Below are positions 30,209-39,278 of a stretch of DNA of 39,962 nucleotides, one piece after another (the stretch's first letter is position 1; the number at the start of each line of letters is the position of its first letter). Made by a program: the position numbers and the translations under genes. Below the pieces are notes generated by a model. The model was not told the DNA's origin. It worked only from the letters and a program-made list of their open reading frames with translations, and did no database searches. This DNA comes from Rhodocyclaceae bacterium (GTDB lineage: Bacteria; Pseudomonadota; Gammaproteobacteria; Burkholderiales; Rhodocyclaceae): the NCBI GenBank assembly GCA_017444505.1, contig JAFSWK010000058.1, positions 1-39,962 of the forward strand, in the 5' to 3' direction.

Positions 30209-30988
30209 ATGCTGCGCGAAGAGTGGCGCTTGTTCTGGCTGGCGGTGGTGTATTTCACGCGCTTGCCTGCGCCGCGTGCGCTGGCGCTGGGCGAGGTGCC
30301 GCCGGAACGGGCAATTCGCTATTTTCCGCTTGCCGGGGCGCTGGCGGCGTTGCCGGCGGCGGCGTTGCTGGCGCTGGCGGCGCAGTGCTGGTCACCGTGG
30401 ATTGCGGCGGTGCTGGCGATTGCGGCGCTGGCCTGGCTGACTGGCGCGCTGCACGAAGATGGGCTGGCCGATACGTTCGACGGCTTGGGCGGCGGACGGG
30501 ATGCCGCTTCGCGTCTGGCCATCATGCGCGATTCCCGCTTGGGCAGCTTCGGCGCGCTGGCTTTGGTGTTGACCTTGTTGCTGAAAGTGGCGGCGCTGGC
30601 GCAGTTGCTGGGGCTGGGCGCGGTGCGGGCGGCGCTGCTGTGGCTGGCAGTGCAGGCGGTTTCCCGCGCTTTGGCGGCGGCGCTGATGCTGGCCTTGCCG
30701 TATGCGCGTGAAGCGCAGGCGGCGGGCAAGGTGACGGTGCTGGCGCAGTCGTTGCGGCGTGCTGATGGCGGCTGTGCATTGATTGCGGGCGGTTTGTTCT
30801 GGGTGTTGCTGGCGGTATTGACCGAGCCGTGGCGGGCGCTTGCGGCGCTGGCGGTGTTGGCGGCGATGTATGCGGTTTGGGTGCGCGTGTTGCGTGCGCG
30901 TCTGGGCGGGTATACGGGCGACACACTCGGCGCCGTGCAGCAAGTGGCGGAACTGGCGTTGCTGCTGACGCTGGCGGCGGGGCGCTGA
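30209..30988 (+). CDS. cobS: Adenosylcobinamide-GDP ribazoletransferase (cobalamin synthase)
   Basis: The motifs YFTRLP, LTGALHEDGLADTFDG, IMRDSRLGSFGALAL and GGYTGDTLGA parallel E. coli CobS closely. The ATG follows GGAAGGAGA. An alternative GTG start lies at 30167. Confidence 0.85.
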   Translation: MLREEWRLFWLAVVYFTRLPAPRALALGEVPPERAIRYFPLAGALAALPAAALLALAAQCWSPWIAAVLAIAALAWLTGALHEDGLADTFDGLGGGRDAASRLAIMRDSRLGSFGALALVLTLLLKVAALAQLLGLGAVRAALLWLAVQAVSRALAAALMLALPYAREAQAAGKVTVLAQSLRRADGGCALIAGGLFWVLLAVLTEPWRALAALAVLAAMYAVWVRVLRARLGGYTGDTLGAVQQVAELALLLTLAAGR

Positions 30989-30989
30989 G

Positions 30990-31541
30990 ATGCAGGTGTA
31001 TCTAATCCGGCATCCACGCCCGCAGGTGGCGGCGGGCGTGTGCTACGGGCGCACGGATGTGCCGCTGGCCGAAGATGCGCAGGCGGCGGCGGCGCGGCTC
31101 AGGCCGCTGTTGCCGGAAGAATTTGTGCTCTATGCCAGTCCATTGCAGCGGGCGTGGCGGCTGGCCTGCGCGCTGGGTGAGCCGGTGGCCGATGCGCGCT
31201 TGCAGGAAATGGATTTTGGCGACTGGGAAATGCGCCACTACGACGAAATTGGCGCGGCGGCTTGGGCGCAGTGGGAGGCCGACCCGCTGCATTTTTGCCC
31301 GCCGGGCGGCGAATCGCTGGCGCAGCTGACGGCGCGGGTGATGGCGTGGTGGCAGCAAGTGCAGGCAAGCGGGGCGGAAAGCGTGGTCGTGGTGGCGCAT
31401 GGCGGGCCGTTACGCGCTTGGCTCGGCACACAGCTTAAAATTGTGTCAAAATATTGGCTTTCTCTGGATTTTGCGTGCGGCGCGTGCTCGCGCGTGGATG
31501 TATATGAATGGGGTGTTTCGCTGCGATGGATGAATCGTTGA
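30990..31541 (+). CDS. cobC: Alpha-ribazole phosphatase (histidine phosphatase family)
   Basis: It has the LIRH catalytic motif, EMDFGDWEMRHYDEI (compare E. coli CobC EMFFGDWEMRHH) and VVAHGG. It starts 1 nt after the cobS stop. Confidence 0.7.
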   Translation: MQVYLIRHPRPQVAAGVCYGRTDVPLAEDAQAAAARLRPLLPEEFVLYASPLQRAWRLACALGEPVADARLQEMDFGDWEMRHYDEIGAAAWAQWEADPLHFCPPGGESLAQLTARVMAWWQQVQASGAESVVVVAHGGPLRAWLGTQLKIVSKYWLSLDFACGACSRVDVYEWGVSLRWMNR

Positions 31542-32491
31542 AAACACAAAACGCAGAAGCGGCGCCCGTACTGTGGCTGGTGGCCGACGACCGTCCTGGT
31601 CACCGCAATCAATTGGCGGGTGTGGCCAACTGGATGCGCGAGCTGGCGGGCGTGCATTGCGAATGGCTGCCTGCGCCGACATCCCGTTTGCGGGCGATGC
31701 TGTGGCGTTTGCTGCGCCGTTTTCCGCCGGGCGAGGGCAAGCCCGCGCCGCACTGGATTCTGGTGGCGGGGGAGCGCACGCACTGGGCGGGCTTGGCGGC
31801 GCGGCGCGCGGCGGGCGGGCGTCTGATTGTGTTGATGCGTCCGTCGCTGCCGTATGGCTGGTTTGACCTGTGCTGTGTGCCGCAGCACGATGAACCGCCG
31901 ACGCGCCCCAATGTGCTGCCCACGCTGGGCGTGGCCAATGCCGTGCGGGCGCCTGTTGCGCGCAAGCCGGGCAGGGTGCTGATTTTGCTGGGCGGCCCGT
32001 CGCGCCATCATGGCTGGGATACGGCTGCGGTGACGGCGCAGGTGTGTGAAATTGTGCGTCGCACGCCGCATTTGCATTTCACCATTGCGGACTCGCGGCG
32101 CACGCCGCCGCAGGCCTTGAGCACAGTGTGCGCAGCGGCGAAAACCTGGGCCAGCGGCGGGCTGGAAGCCATGCCGGTGGATCAGGCGCCCAAGGGATGG
32201 CTGGTCGATACGCTGTCGCGCACGGCGACGGTGTGGGTGACGGCGGACAGCGTCTCCATGCTCTACGAAGCGGCCACGGCGGGGGCCGCGGTGGGCGTGC
32301 TTTCCGTGCCGATGCGCCGGCGCGGGCGCAAGCGTGCCTTGCGCGCGCAAGAACTGGCGACCGAAGTCGGCCTGGCGACCACGTTCGCGCGCTGGCGCAA
32401 GGCGCACAAACTGCCGCAGCCGGCCTTTCCGCTGCAAGAAGCGCAGCGCATTGCGCAGGCGCTGCTGATGCGTTTCCCCGACCGCGGCTGA
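31526..32491 (+). CDS. ELM1/GtrOC1-family putative glycosyltransferase (DUF1022)
   Basis: The motifs VLWLVADDRPGHRNQLAGVA, ILLGGPSRHHGW, DSRRTP and TADSVSMLYEA match the ELM1-family signature as I recall it. The start is ATG 31526 or ATG 31508, and either overlaps the cobC 3' end. Confidence 0.6.
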   Translation: MDESLKTQNAEAAPVLWLVADDRPGHRNQLAGVANWMRELAGVHCEWLPAPTSRLRAMLWRLLRRFPPGEGKPAPHWILVAGERTHWAGLAARRAAGGRLIVLMRPSLPYGWFDLCCVPQHDEPPTRPNVLPTLGVANAVRAPVARKPGRVLILLGGPSRHHGWDTAAVTAQVCEIVRRTPHLHFTIADSRRTPPQALSTVCAAAKTWASGGLEAMPVDQAPKGWLVDTLSRTATVWVTADSVSMLYEAATAGAAVGVLSVPMRRRGRKRALRAQELATEVGLATTFARWRKAHKLPQPAFPLQEAQRIAQALLMRFPDRG

Positions 32492-32519
32492 TGGGCGTGT
32501 GTTGCCCGCCTTTCACGGC

Positions 32520-33566
32520 ATGATTACGGTCAAACTGTTGAGCAGCCGTCCCGTCGACGAATGGCGGCGCTATTTTCCGCACGAAGACTGCGCCTGGGGC
32601 GCGTGCCGTGTTGTTTTTGCACGCGAGGCGCGTGATTATGACTGGCTGGTGGTCTATGACGACGTGCCGCCCGCCGCAGAGGGCGGGCGCGACGATGCCT
32701 GTGAAAGGCTCGCCTGCCCGCGCGCGCACACTGTGCTGGTCACCACTGAACCGGAATCCATCAAATGTTACGGACGGGCGTTTGCGGCGCAGTTTGGCCA
32801 TGTGCTTACCAGCCAGCCGCCCTGGGCGTTGCCGCATCCGCATCATCACTGGCAGCAGGCGGCCAATCACTGGTTTTACGGCAGCGCGCCCGATGCCTGT
32901 CTGGACTACGCGCAGATGCAGGCCGGCCCCGACCGGGCGTACAAGCGCGAACAGCTTTCTGTGGTGCATTCGCAAAAATGCCAGTGGCACACCCTGCACG
33001 CGCGGCGTTTTGCCTTTATTGAAACGGTGCGCCGTGCGCTGCCTGAGATGGCCGTTTATGGCCGTGGCTGGCAGCCGCTGGGCGACAAACGCGAGGCGCT
33101 GGCGCCGTTTCGCTATCACCTGGCGGTGGAAAACCACTTTGCGCCGCATCACATCACCGAAAAGCTCACCGATGCGTTTCTCGGGCGCTGTTTGCCGTTT
33201 TATGCCGGTGCGCCGAACGCGGCGGACTATTTCCCCGCAGACAGTTTCATCGCCATCGACCTCTACCGCCCGCACCAAGCGGTGGAAATCATCCGCGCGG
33301 CCATCGCCAGCGGGCAATGGGAAAAGCGGCGGGAGGCCATTGAAGCGGCGCGAGCGCGCGTGTTGCAGCACGAACATCTTTTTGCCGTGCTGGAACGCCT
33401 GATTCGCGCCGCAGCGCCGGGCGAAGAGGGCGGCGCGGGCGAAGCATTGTGGGGGCGGCACGCCTGGCGGCGGCGGCATCCTGTTGGCGCGTTGGCGCAC
33501 ATGGGCGAAAAGCTCTACGTGCGTGCGCGCTCGATGCTGGCGCGCGGCGCGAAGGCGTTGCGTTGA
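32520..33566 (+). CDS. GT10-like (alpha-1,3-fucosyltransferase-like) glycosyltransferase
   Basis: FRYHLAVENHFAPHHITEKLTDAFLGRCLPFYAGAPN resembles the GT10 motif (Y.F.LAFENS..DYVTEKL) seen in Helicobacter FutA and eukaryotic FucTs. The rest of the protein is not recognisable to me. Confidence 0.45.
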   Translation: MITVKLLSSRPVDEWRRYFPHEDCAWGACRVVFAREARDYDWLVVYDDVPPAAEGGRDDACERLACPRAHTVLVTTEPESIKCYGRAFAAQFGHVLTSQPPWALPHPHHHWQQAANHWFYGSAPDACLDYAQMQAGPDRAYKREQLSVVHSQKCQWHTLHARRFAFIETVRRALPEMAVYGRGWQPLGDKREALAPFRYHLAVENHFAPHHITEKLTDAFLGRCLPFYAGAPNAADYFPADSFIAIDLYRPHQAVEIIRAAIASGQWEKRREAIEAARARVLQHEHLFAVLERLIRAAAPGEEGGAGEALWGRHAWRRRHPVGALAHMGEKLYVRARSMLARGAKALR

Positions 33567-33637
33567 TGCAGCGCGCGTTTTTTGCTGCGCTGCGCTAAAA
33601 TCGGCGGCTGTTTCTTTTTTCGCTCAGGAGAGTTCCC

Positions 33638-34564
33638 ATGTCGATGTCTGACCGCGACGGTTTTATCTGGCAAGACGGCAAACTGGTGCCGTGGCGTGAG
33701 GCCACCACCCATGTGCTGACCCATTCCCTGCACTACGGCCTGGCTGTGTTTGAAGGGCTGCGTGCGTACAAGACCGACCGTGGGCCGGCGATTTTCCGCC
33801 TCAAGGAACATACCGACCGCCTCTTCAACTCGGCGCACATTTATCGCATGGAAATCCCCTTCGACCGCGAAACCCTGATGGCCGCGCAGTGCGAAGTGGT
33901 GCGTGCCAACCAGTTGAAATCGGGCTACATTCGTCCGATTGCCTTTTATGGTGCGGAAAAAATGGGTATCAGCACGCGCGGCGCGCGGGTGCATGTGGCG
34001 ATTGCCGCCTGGCCGTGGGATGCTTATCTGGGCGCGGAAGGGCTGGAAAAGGGCATTCGCGTGAAGACGGCCTCGTATGCCCGTCACCACATCAACGTCA
34101 CCATGGCGCGCGCCAAGTTTGCCGCCACTTACGCCAATTCCATTCTTGCCAATCTGGAAGCGACGGAAGATGGCTATGACGAAGCGCTGCTGCTGGATGT
34201 GGATGGTTTTGTCGCGGAAGGTTCGGGCGAAAACATTTTCATCGTCAAGGATGGCGTGATTTACGAGCCGGAGCTGACCTCCGCGCTGGTCGGCATCACC
34301 CGCGCCACCATCATCGCGCTGGCGCGCGAGCAGGGGCTGGAAGTGCGCTCCAAACGGCTGACGCGCGACGATATTTACATCGCCGACGAAGCCTTCTTCA
34401 CCGGCACGGCGGCGGAAATCACGCCGATTCGTGAGCTGGACCGCCGCGTCATCGGCAACGGTGGTCGCGGCCCGGTGACGGCGCGTTTGCAAGCGCGCTA
34501 TTTTGAAGTCGTCAATGGTCGTGTGCCGGAATACGCCGACTGGTTGAGCTACGTGAACGGCTGA
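33638..34564 (+). CDS. ilvE: Branched-chain amino acid aminotransferase
   Basis: The 308 aa protein reads HSLHYGLAVFEGLRAY...FRL.EH..RL and EGSGENIF..KDG, and has a C-terminal GTAAEITPI.E.D motif. The ATG follows CAGGAGAG. Confidence 0.9.
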   Translation: MSMSDRDGFIWQDGKLVPWREATTHVLTHSLHYGLAVFEGLRAYKTDRGPAIFRLKEHTDRLFNSAHIYRMEIPFDRETLMAAQCEVVRANQLKSGYIRPIAFYGAEKMGISTRGARVHVAIAAWPWDAYLGAEGLEKGIRVKTASYARHHINVTMARAKFAATYANSILANLEATEDGYDEALLLDVDGFVAEGSGENIFIVKDGVIYEPELTSALVGITRATIIALAREQGLEVRSKRLTRDDIYIADEAFFTGTAAEITPIRELDRRVIGNGGRGPVTARLQARYFEVVNGRVPEYADWLSYVNG

Positions 34565-34578
34565 ACGGAGGGGCGGTG

Positions 34579-34794
34579 ATGGTTACGCAAAACACCCGAT
34601 TCGGCACGCTGCGCATCGTGCGCGAGCAGGACTTGCCGCTGTTTTGCCCGCGGGAAAACGACCCGCTGTGGGCGCGTCACCCGCGCGTGTTCCTCAAGCC
34701 TGACAGCGAAGGCCGCGCCCGCTGCCCGTATTGCAGTATGCGCTATCAGATGGAAGACACGTTGCCAGACAAGCAGGACAAGGACAAACGCTAA
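34579..34794 (+). CDS. Small zinc-finger (zf-CHCC-like) protein
   Basis: A cysteine pair ...LFCP... and ...ARCPYCSMRY is present in a ~71 aa protein downstream of ilvE. The ATG at 34579 follows GGAGGGG, and a GTG lies at 34576. Confidence 0.5.
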   Translation: MVTQNTRFGTLRIVREQDLPLFCPRENDPLWARHPRVFLKPDSEGRARCPYCSMRYQMEDTLPDKQDKDKR

Positions 34795-34822
34795 AGGCGT
34801 GCGCGCGCCGCACACGCTGCAC

Positions 34823-34852
34823 AACGGCTGCCCGCACCGGCAGCCGTTTTTT
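34823..34852 (+). terminator. Rho-independent terminator between the zinc-finger gene and convergent murJ
   Basis: The stem pairs CGGCTGCC (34825-34832) with GGCAGCCG (34839-34846). A T6 run follows at 34847-34852. Confidence 0.65.
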
Positions 34853-36399
34853 CATGCCCGACGAAAATCCCGCAGGCGAAAGCCCAGTGCAAACAGCGCG
34901 GCGAAATAGACGCCGATACCGGCGGGCACCAGCCAGCACAGATGCAGCACCCGCTGGCGCGTGGCGGCGGCAAGCCAGGCATCGGTGTCGCCCGCGCCCC
35001 AGACGAGCACGGCGGCCAGCGCCAGCAGCGCCAGCGCGATGCGCAGCAAAAACACGCGCCAGCCCGTCTGCGGCGTGTAATCGCCGCGCCGCAGCAGGCC
35101 ACGGGCGAGCAAGGAAGCGTTGAGCAAGGAAGCCAGCCCGATGGACAGCGCCAGCCCCGCGTGCGCGGGCAGCCCCAGGCGCGGCAGGCCAAAGACGAAG
35201 AGCGCGTTCATCGCCTGTGTTGCGCACAGCGAAATGATGGCAAAGCGCGTGGGCGTGCGGATGTCTTGCCGGGCGTAAAAGCCGGGGGCGAGAATTTTCA
35301 CCGCAATCAGCCCCGGCAGGCCGAAGCTGTACGCAATCAGCGCCGCGTGGGTTTGCCGCACATCGTCGCCGCTGAAGGCGCCGTGCTGAAACAGCGTGCT
35401 CAACAGCGGCGTGCCCAGCAGCGCCAGCGCCAGCGCCGCCGGCAGCGTGAGCAGCAGCGCCAGACGCAAGCCGTGGTCGAGCAGGCGCGAAAAGCCGCTT
35501 TGGTCGCCGTCGGCGTGGCGTTTTGCCAGCCCGGGCAGCAAGATGGTGCCCAGCGCCGCGCCCAGCAGACCGGCGGGAAATTCCATCAGCCGGTCGGCGT
35601 AATACAGCCATGAGACACTGCCGCTTTGCAGGAACGAAGCGAACACGGTATTGATGACCAGCGAAATCTGCGCCACCGAAACCCCCAGCATTGCGGGCAG
35701 CATCAGCGTGGCGATGCGGCGCACGGCGGCGTCGGCAGGCGCAAAGTCAAAGCGCGGCAGCAGCCCCATTTTCACCAGCGGCCAGAATTGCACGACGAGT
35801 TGCAGCACGCCGCCGATAATCACCGCCCAGGCCAGCGCCCGCACGGGTTCATCGAAATACGGCGCGGCGAACAGCGACATGGCGATGAAGGCGATATTGA
35901 GCAGCGCGGGCGTGAAGGCGGGAATGGCAAAGCGGCTCCACGTATTGAGAATGCCGCCAGCCAGCGCCACCAGCGACATGAAGAAAATGTAGGGAAAGGT
36001 GATGCGGGTGAGCGAGACGGTAAGCGCGAATTTGTCGGCATCGGCGGCAAAGCCTGGCGCGGTCAGCCAGATGATGAAGGGCGTGAAAATCATGCCCAGA
36101 ATGGAAATGCCCAGCACCACCAGCCCCAGCAAGGTCGCCACGCGGCTAATCAGCGTGCGCGTTTCTTCTGGCGATTGCTGGCGCTGGTATTCGGCCAGAA
36201 TCGGCACGAACGCCTGCGAAAACGCGCCCTCGGCGAACATGCGGCGCAGCAGGTTGGGCAGGCGGAAGGCGACGAAAAAGGCATCGGTTGCCATGCCCGC
36301 GCCGAAACTGCGGGCGATGACCCAATCGCGCACGAAACCCAGCACGCGAGAGACCAGCGTCAAACTGCTGACTGTGCCCAGAGCACGCAAAAGATTCAT
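34852..36399 (-). CDS. murJ: Lipid II flippase MurJ (MviN)
   Basis: It begins MNLLRALGTVSSLTLVSRVLGFVRD..IARSFGAGMATDAFFVAFRLPNLLRRMFAEGAFSQAFVP and is a polytopic 515 aa protein. The start was verified as cat at 36397-36399. Confidence 0.9.
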   Translation of the reverse strand: MNLLRALGTVSSLTLVSRVLGFVRDWVIARSFGAGMATDAFFVAFRLPNLLRRMFAEGAFSQAFVPILAEYQRQQSPEETRTLISRVATLLGLVVLGISILGMIFTPFIIWLTAPGFAADADKFALTVSLTRITFPYIFFMSLVALAGGILNTWSRFAIPAFTPALLNIAFIAMSLFAAPYFDEPVRALAWAVIIGGVLQLVVQFWPLVKMGLLPRFDFAPADAAVRRIATLMLPAMLGVSVAQISLVINTVFASFLQSGSVSWLYYADRLMEFPAGLLGAALGTILLPGLAKRHADGDQSGFSRLLDHGLRLALLLTLPAALALALLGTPLLSTLFQHGAFSGDDVRQTHAALIAYSFGLPGLIAVKILAPGFYARQDIRTPTRFAIISLCATQAMNALFVFGLPRLGLPAHAGLALSIGLASLLNASLLARGLLRRGDYTPQTGWRVFLLRIALALLALAAVLVWGAGDTDAWLAAATRQRVLHLCWLVPAGIGVYFAALFALGFRLRDFRRA

Positions 36400-36515
36400 G
36401 GCAAGAGCGCCTTCCGAAGATGGTTTGCAGGGTTGGAAAAGGAAAGCGGCAATAATAAACCAGCGCACCCGTGCGGCGCGGCTGTGCTACATGCCACAGT
36501 GCGGCGCGAGGAAAT

Positions 36516-36544
36516 TTGCCCGCACGCGCTGGCGGGTCTAAGAT
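36516..36544 (+). promoter_or_regulatory. Candidate alaA promoter (-35 TTGCCC, 17-nt spacer, -10 TAAGAT)
   Basis: This is a motif match in the 177-nt murJ/alaA divergent spacer. Confidence 0.25.
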
Positions 36545-36576
36545 GCAGGGTTCGTTTTTTGTTTGGAGAACCTGTC

Positions 36577-37878
36577 ATGTCTGCCCGTCTGGTGCGCGAA
36601 ATCAAATCTCAGCCCGATGCCGTGCCCGCCGGTGCGCGTGCTTCGGCTGCGCGGACGGTGAAGAAATCCCGCAAGCTCGACCACGTCTGTTATGACATTC
36701 GCGGCCCCGTGCTGGAACGCGCCCGTCAACTGGAAGAAGACGGCCATCAAATCATCAAGCTGAACATCGGCAATCTGGCCACCTTCGGCTTTGACGCGCC
36801 GGAAGAAATCCAGCGCGACATGATTCGCAATCTGCCCGCCTCTGCCGGTTATTCCGATTCCAAGGGCATTTTTTCCGCGCGCAAGGCGGTGATGCACTAC
36901 ACGCAGGAAAAGCACATCAAAGGCGTGGATATTGAAGACATTTATCTGGGCAACGGCGTGTCTGAACTCATCGTAATGGCGATGAACGCGCTGCTCGATG
37001 CGGGCGACGAAGTGCTCGTCCCCGCGCCGGATTATCCGTTGTGGACGGCGGCGGTGAGTCTTTCGGGCGGCACGCCGGTGCATTATCTGTGCGACGAGAC
37101 GCGCGGCTGGCTGCCCGATATTGCCGACATGCGCGCCAAGATTACGCCCAACACGCGCGCCATCGTGGTCATCAACCCGAACAACCCCACCGGCGCGCTC
37201 TATCCCGATGAAACCCTGCTGGCCATCATCGCGCTGGCGCGTGAATTTGGCCTCATCATCTATTCGGACGAGGTCTATGACAAAGTGCTCTACGATGGCG
37301 CGCAGCACACCTCGATGGCGGCGCTTTCGGAAGACGTGCTCACCGTCATTTTCAACGGCCTGTCGAAAAATTACCGCTCCTGCGGCTATCGCGCGGGCTG
37401 GATGGTAGTCTGCGGCGACAAGCGCGGCGCGCAAGACTACATCGAAGGGCTGGACATGCTCTCGTCCATGCGGCTGTGCGCCAACGTGCCGGGGCAATAC
37501 GCCATCCAGACGGCGCTGGGCGGCTATCAGAGCATTCACGACCTGGTCGGCGAAGGCGGGCGGCTGCGCCGCCAGCGCGATCTGGCCTGGGAGCTGATTA
37601 CCAGCATTCCGGGCGTGAGCTGCGTGCGTCCGCAAGGCTCGTTGTACATGTTCCCGCGCCTTGACCCCGCCATCTATCCGATTCAGGACGACCAGCTCTT
37701 CATCACGCGCCTGCTGGAAGCCGAGCGCGTGCTGCTGGTGCAGGGCACGGGCTTTAACTGGGTCAAGCCGGATCACTTCCGGCTGGTCTTTTTGCCGCAC
37801 GAAGACGACCTGCGCGAAGCCATTGGCCGCATCGCCCGTTTTCTGGAAGGCTACCGCCGCGAGGCGGGCACGGCGTAA
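36577..37878 (+). CDS. alaA: Glutamate-pyruvate (alanine) aminotransferase AlaA-like
   Basis: It is collinear with E. coli AlaA as I recall it: KLDHVCYDIRGPV, LNIGN...FGFDAPEEI, YSDSKG, PAPDYPLWTAAVSLSGG, INPNNPTG, FNGLSKNYR and MRLCANVP. The ATG at 36577 is in frame with track ORF 35626..37878. The 5' part of that ORF is antisense to murJ. Confidence 0.85.
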   Translation: MSARLVREIKSQPDAVPAGARASAARTVKKSRKLDHVCYDIRGPVLERARQLEEDGHQIIKLNIGNLATFGFDAPEEIQRDMIRNLPASAGYSDSKGIFSARKAVMHYTQEKHIKGVDIEDIYLGNGVSELIVMAMNALLDAGDEVLVPAPDYPLWTAAVSLSGGTPVHYLCDETRGWLPDIADMRAKITPNTRAIVVINPNNPTGALYPDETLLAIIALAREFGLIIYSDEVYDKVLYDGAQHTSMAALSEDVLTVIFNGLSKNYRSCGYRAGWMVVCGDKRGAQDYIEGLDMLSSMRLCANVPGQYAIQTALGGYQSIHDLVGEGGRLRRQRDLAWELITSIPGVSCVRPQGSLYMFPRLDPAIYPIQDDQLFITRLLEAERVLLVQGTGFNWVKPDHFRLVFLPHEDDLREAIGRIARFLEGYRREAGTA

Positions 37879-37938
37879 GTTTTTCTTTTCACTCAACCCG
37901 AACTATTTGTTTCATTTGTTTATTTTTCTGTACTGACC

Positions 37939-39246
37939 ATGAAAGCAATCCAAGCAGCCCTGCTGGGCATCGGTACCGTCGGAGGCGGCACCTTTGAAGT
38001 TTTGAACCGCAACAGCGAAGAAATCACCCGCCGCGCCGGTCGCCCGATTCGCATCGTCACGGTGGCCGACCGCAATCTGGAACACGCCCGCAAAGTGGTG
38101 CGTGACCGTGCGCAGATTATTGACGATGCCTTCGCCGCCACCCAAGACCCGCAGATTGACATCGTCATCGAACTGATTGGCGGCACCACCGTGGCGCGTG
38201 ATTTGGTGCTCTCCGCCATTGAGCACGGCAAACACGTCGTGACCGCGAACAAGGCGCTGCTCGCCAAGCACGGCAACGAAATTTTCGCCGCCGCGCAAAA
38301 GAAAGGCGTGATGGTCGCCTTTGAAGCTGCCGTGGCCGGAGGCATTCCGGTCATCAAGGCGCTGCGCGAGGGCTTGTCTGCCAACCGCATCCAGTGGATT
38401 GCCGGGATTATCAACGGCACCACCAACTTCATCCTCACCGAAATGCGCAACAAGGGGCTGTCGTTTGCCGAGGCGCTGAAACAGGCGCAGGAACTCGGCT
38501 ACGCCGAAGCCGACCCGACCTTTGACATCGAAGGCGTCGATGCCGCGCACAAAGCCACCATCATGAGCGCCATCGCCTTCGGCGTGCCGATGCAGTTTGA
38601 GCGCGCGCACATTGAAGGCATTTCGCACCTGCAATCCATCGACATCACCTATGCCGAACAACTCGGCTACCGCATCAAGCTGCTGGGCATCACCAAAATG
38701 CGCGAACAAGGCATTGAACTGCGCGTGCATCCCACGCTGGTGGAAGCCGACCAGTTGCTGGCCAACGTTGAGGGTGCCATGAACGCCGTGCTGGTGCAGG
38801 CCGATGCGGTGGGCAAAACCCTCTACTACGGTGCCGGTGCGGGCGCGGAACCCACCGCCAGCGCGGTGATTGCCGACCTGGTCGATGTCACCCGCCTGCA
38901 CACTTCCGACCCTGAACACCGCGTGCCGCATCTCGCCTTCCAGCCCGAAGAAGTGCGCGAACTGCCGGTGCTGCCGATTGAAGAGACCGTCTCGTGCTAC
39001 TACCTGCGCCTGAGCGTCTCGGACGAGACTGGCGTGCTGGCGAATGTCGCCCGCATTCTGGCCGAGCAAGGCATTTCCATTCATGGCATCCGCCAGATTG
39101 CCGCCCCGGCGGGCGCGACGCGCACCGATGTCATCGTGCTCACGCACGAGACGGTAGAAAAACAGGTCAACACCGCGCTCGCCGCCATTGAAGCGTTGCC
39201 AGCGGTGCATGGCGCAGCCGTGCGCCTGCGCGTCGAACATCTGTAA
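37939..39246 (+). CDS. hom: Homoserine dehydrogenase
   Basis: It has the N-terminal NAD-binding motif LLGIGTVGGG, the NGTTNFIL and EADPTFDIEG motifs, and a C-terminal ACT-like region. Confidence 0.9.
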   Translation: MKAIQAALLGIGTVGGGTFEVLNRNSEEITRRAGRPIRIVTVADRNLEHARKVVRDRAQIIDDAFAATQDPQIDIVIELIGGTTVARDLVLSAIEHGKHVVTANKALLAKHGNEIFAAAQKKGVMVAFEAAVAGGIPVIKALREGLSANRIQWIAGIINGTTNFILTEMRNKGLSFAEALKQAQELGYAEADPTFDIEGVDAAHKATIMSAIAFGVPMQFERAHIEGISHLQSIDITYAEQLGYRIKLLGITKMREQGIELRVHPTLVEADQLLANVEGAMNAVLVQADAVGKTLYYGAGAGAEPTASAVIADLVDVTRLHTSDPEHRVPHLAFQPEEVRELPVLPIEETVSCYYLRLSVSDETGVLANVARILAEQGISIHGIRQIAAPAGATRTDVIVLTHETVEKQVNTALAAIEALPAVHGAAVRLRVEHL

Positions 39247-39278
39247 TCCGTATCACCTGCCTGCGAGAGGACATGCCC

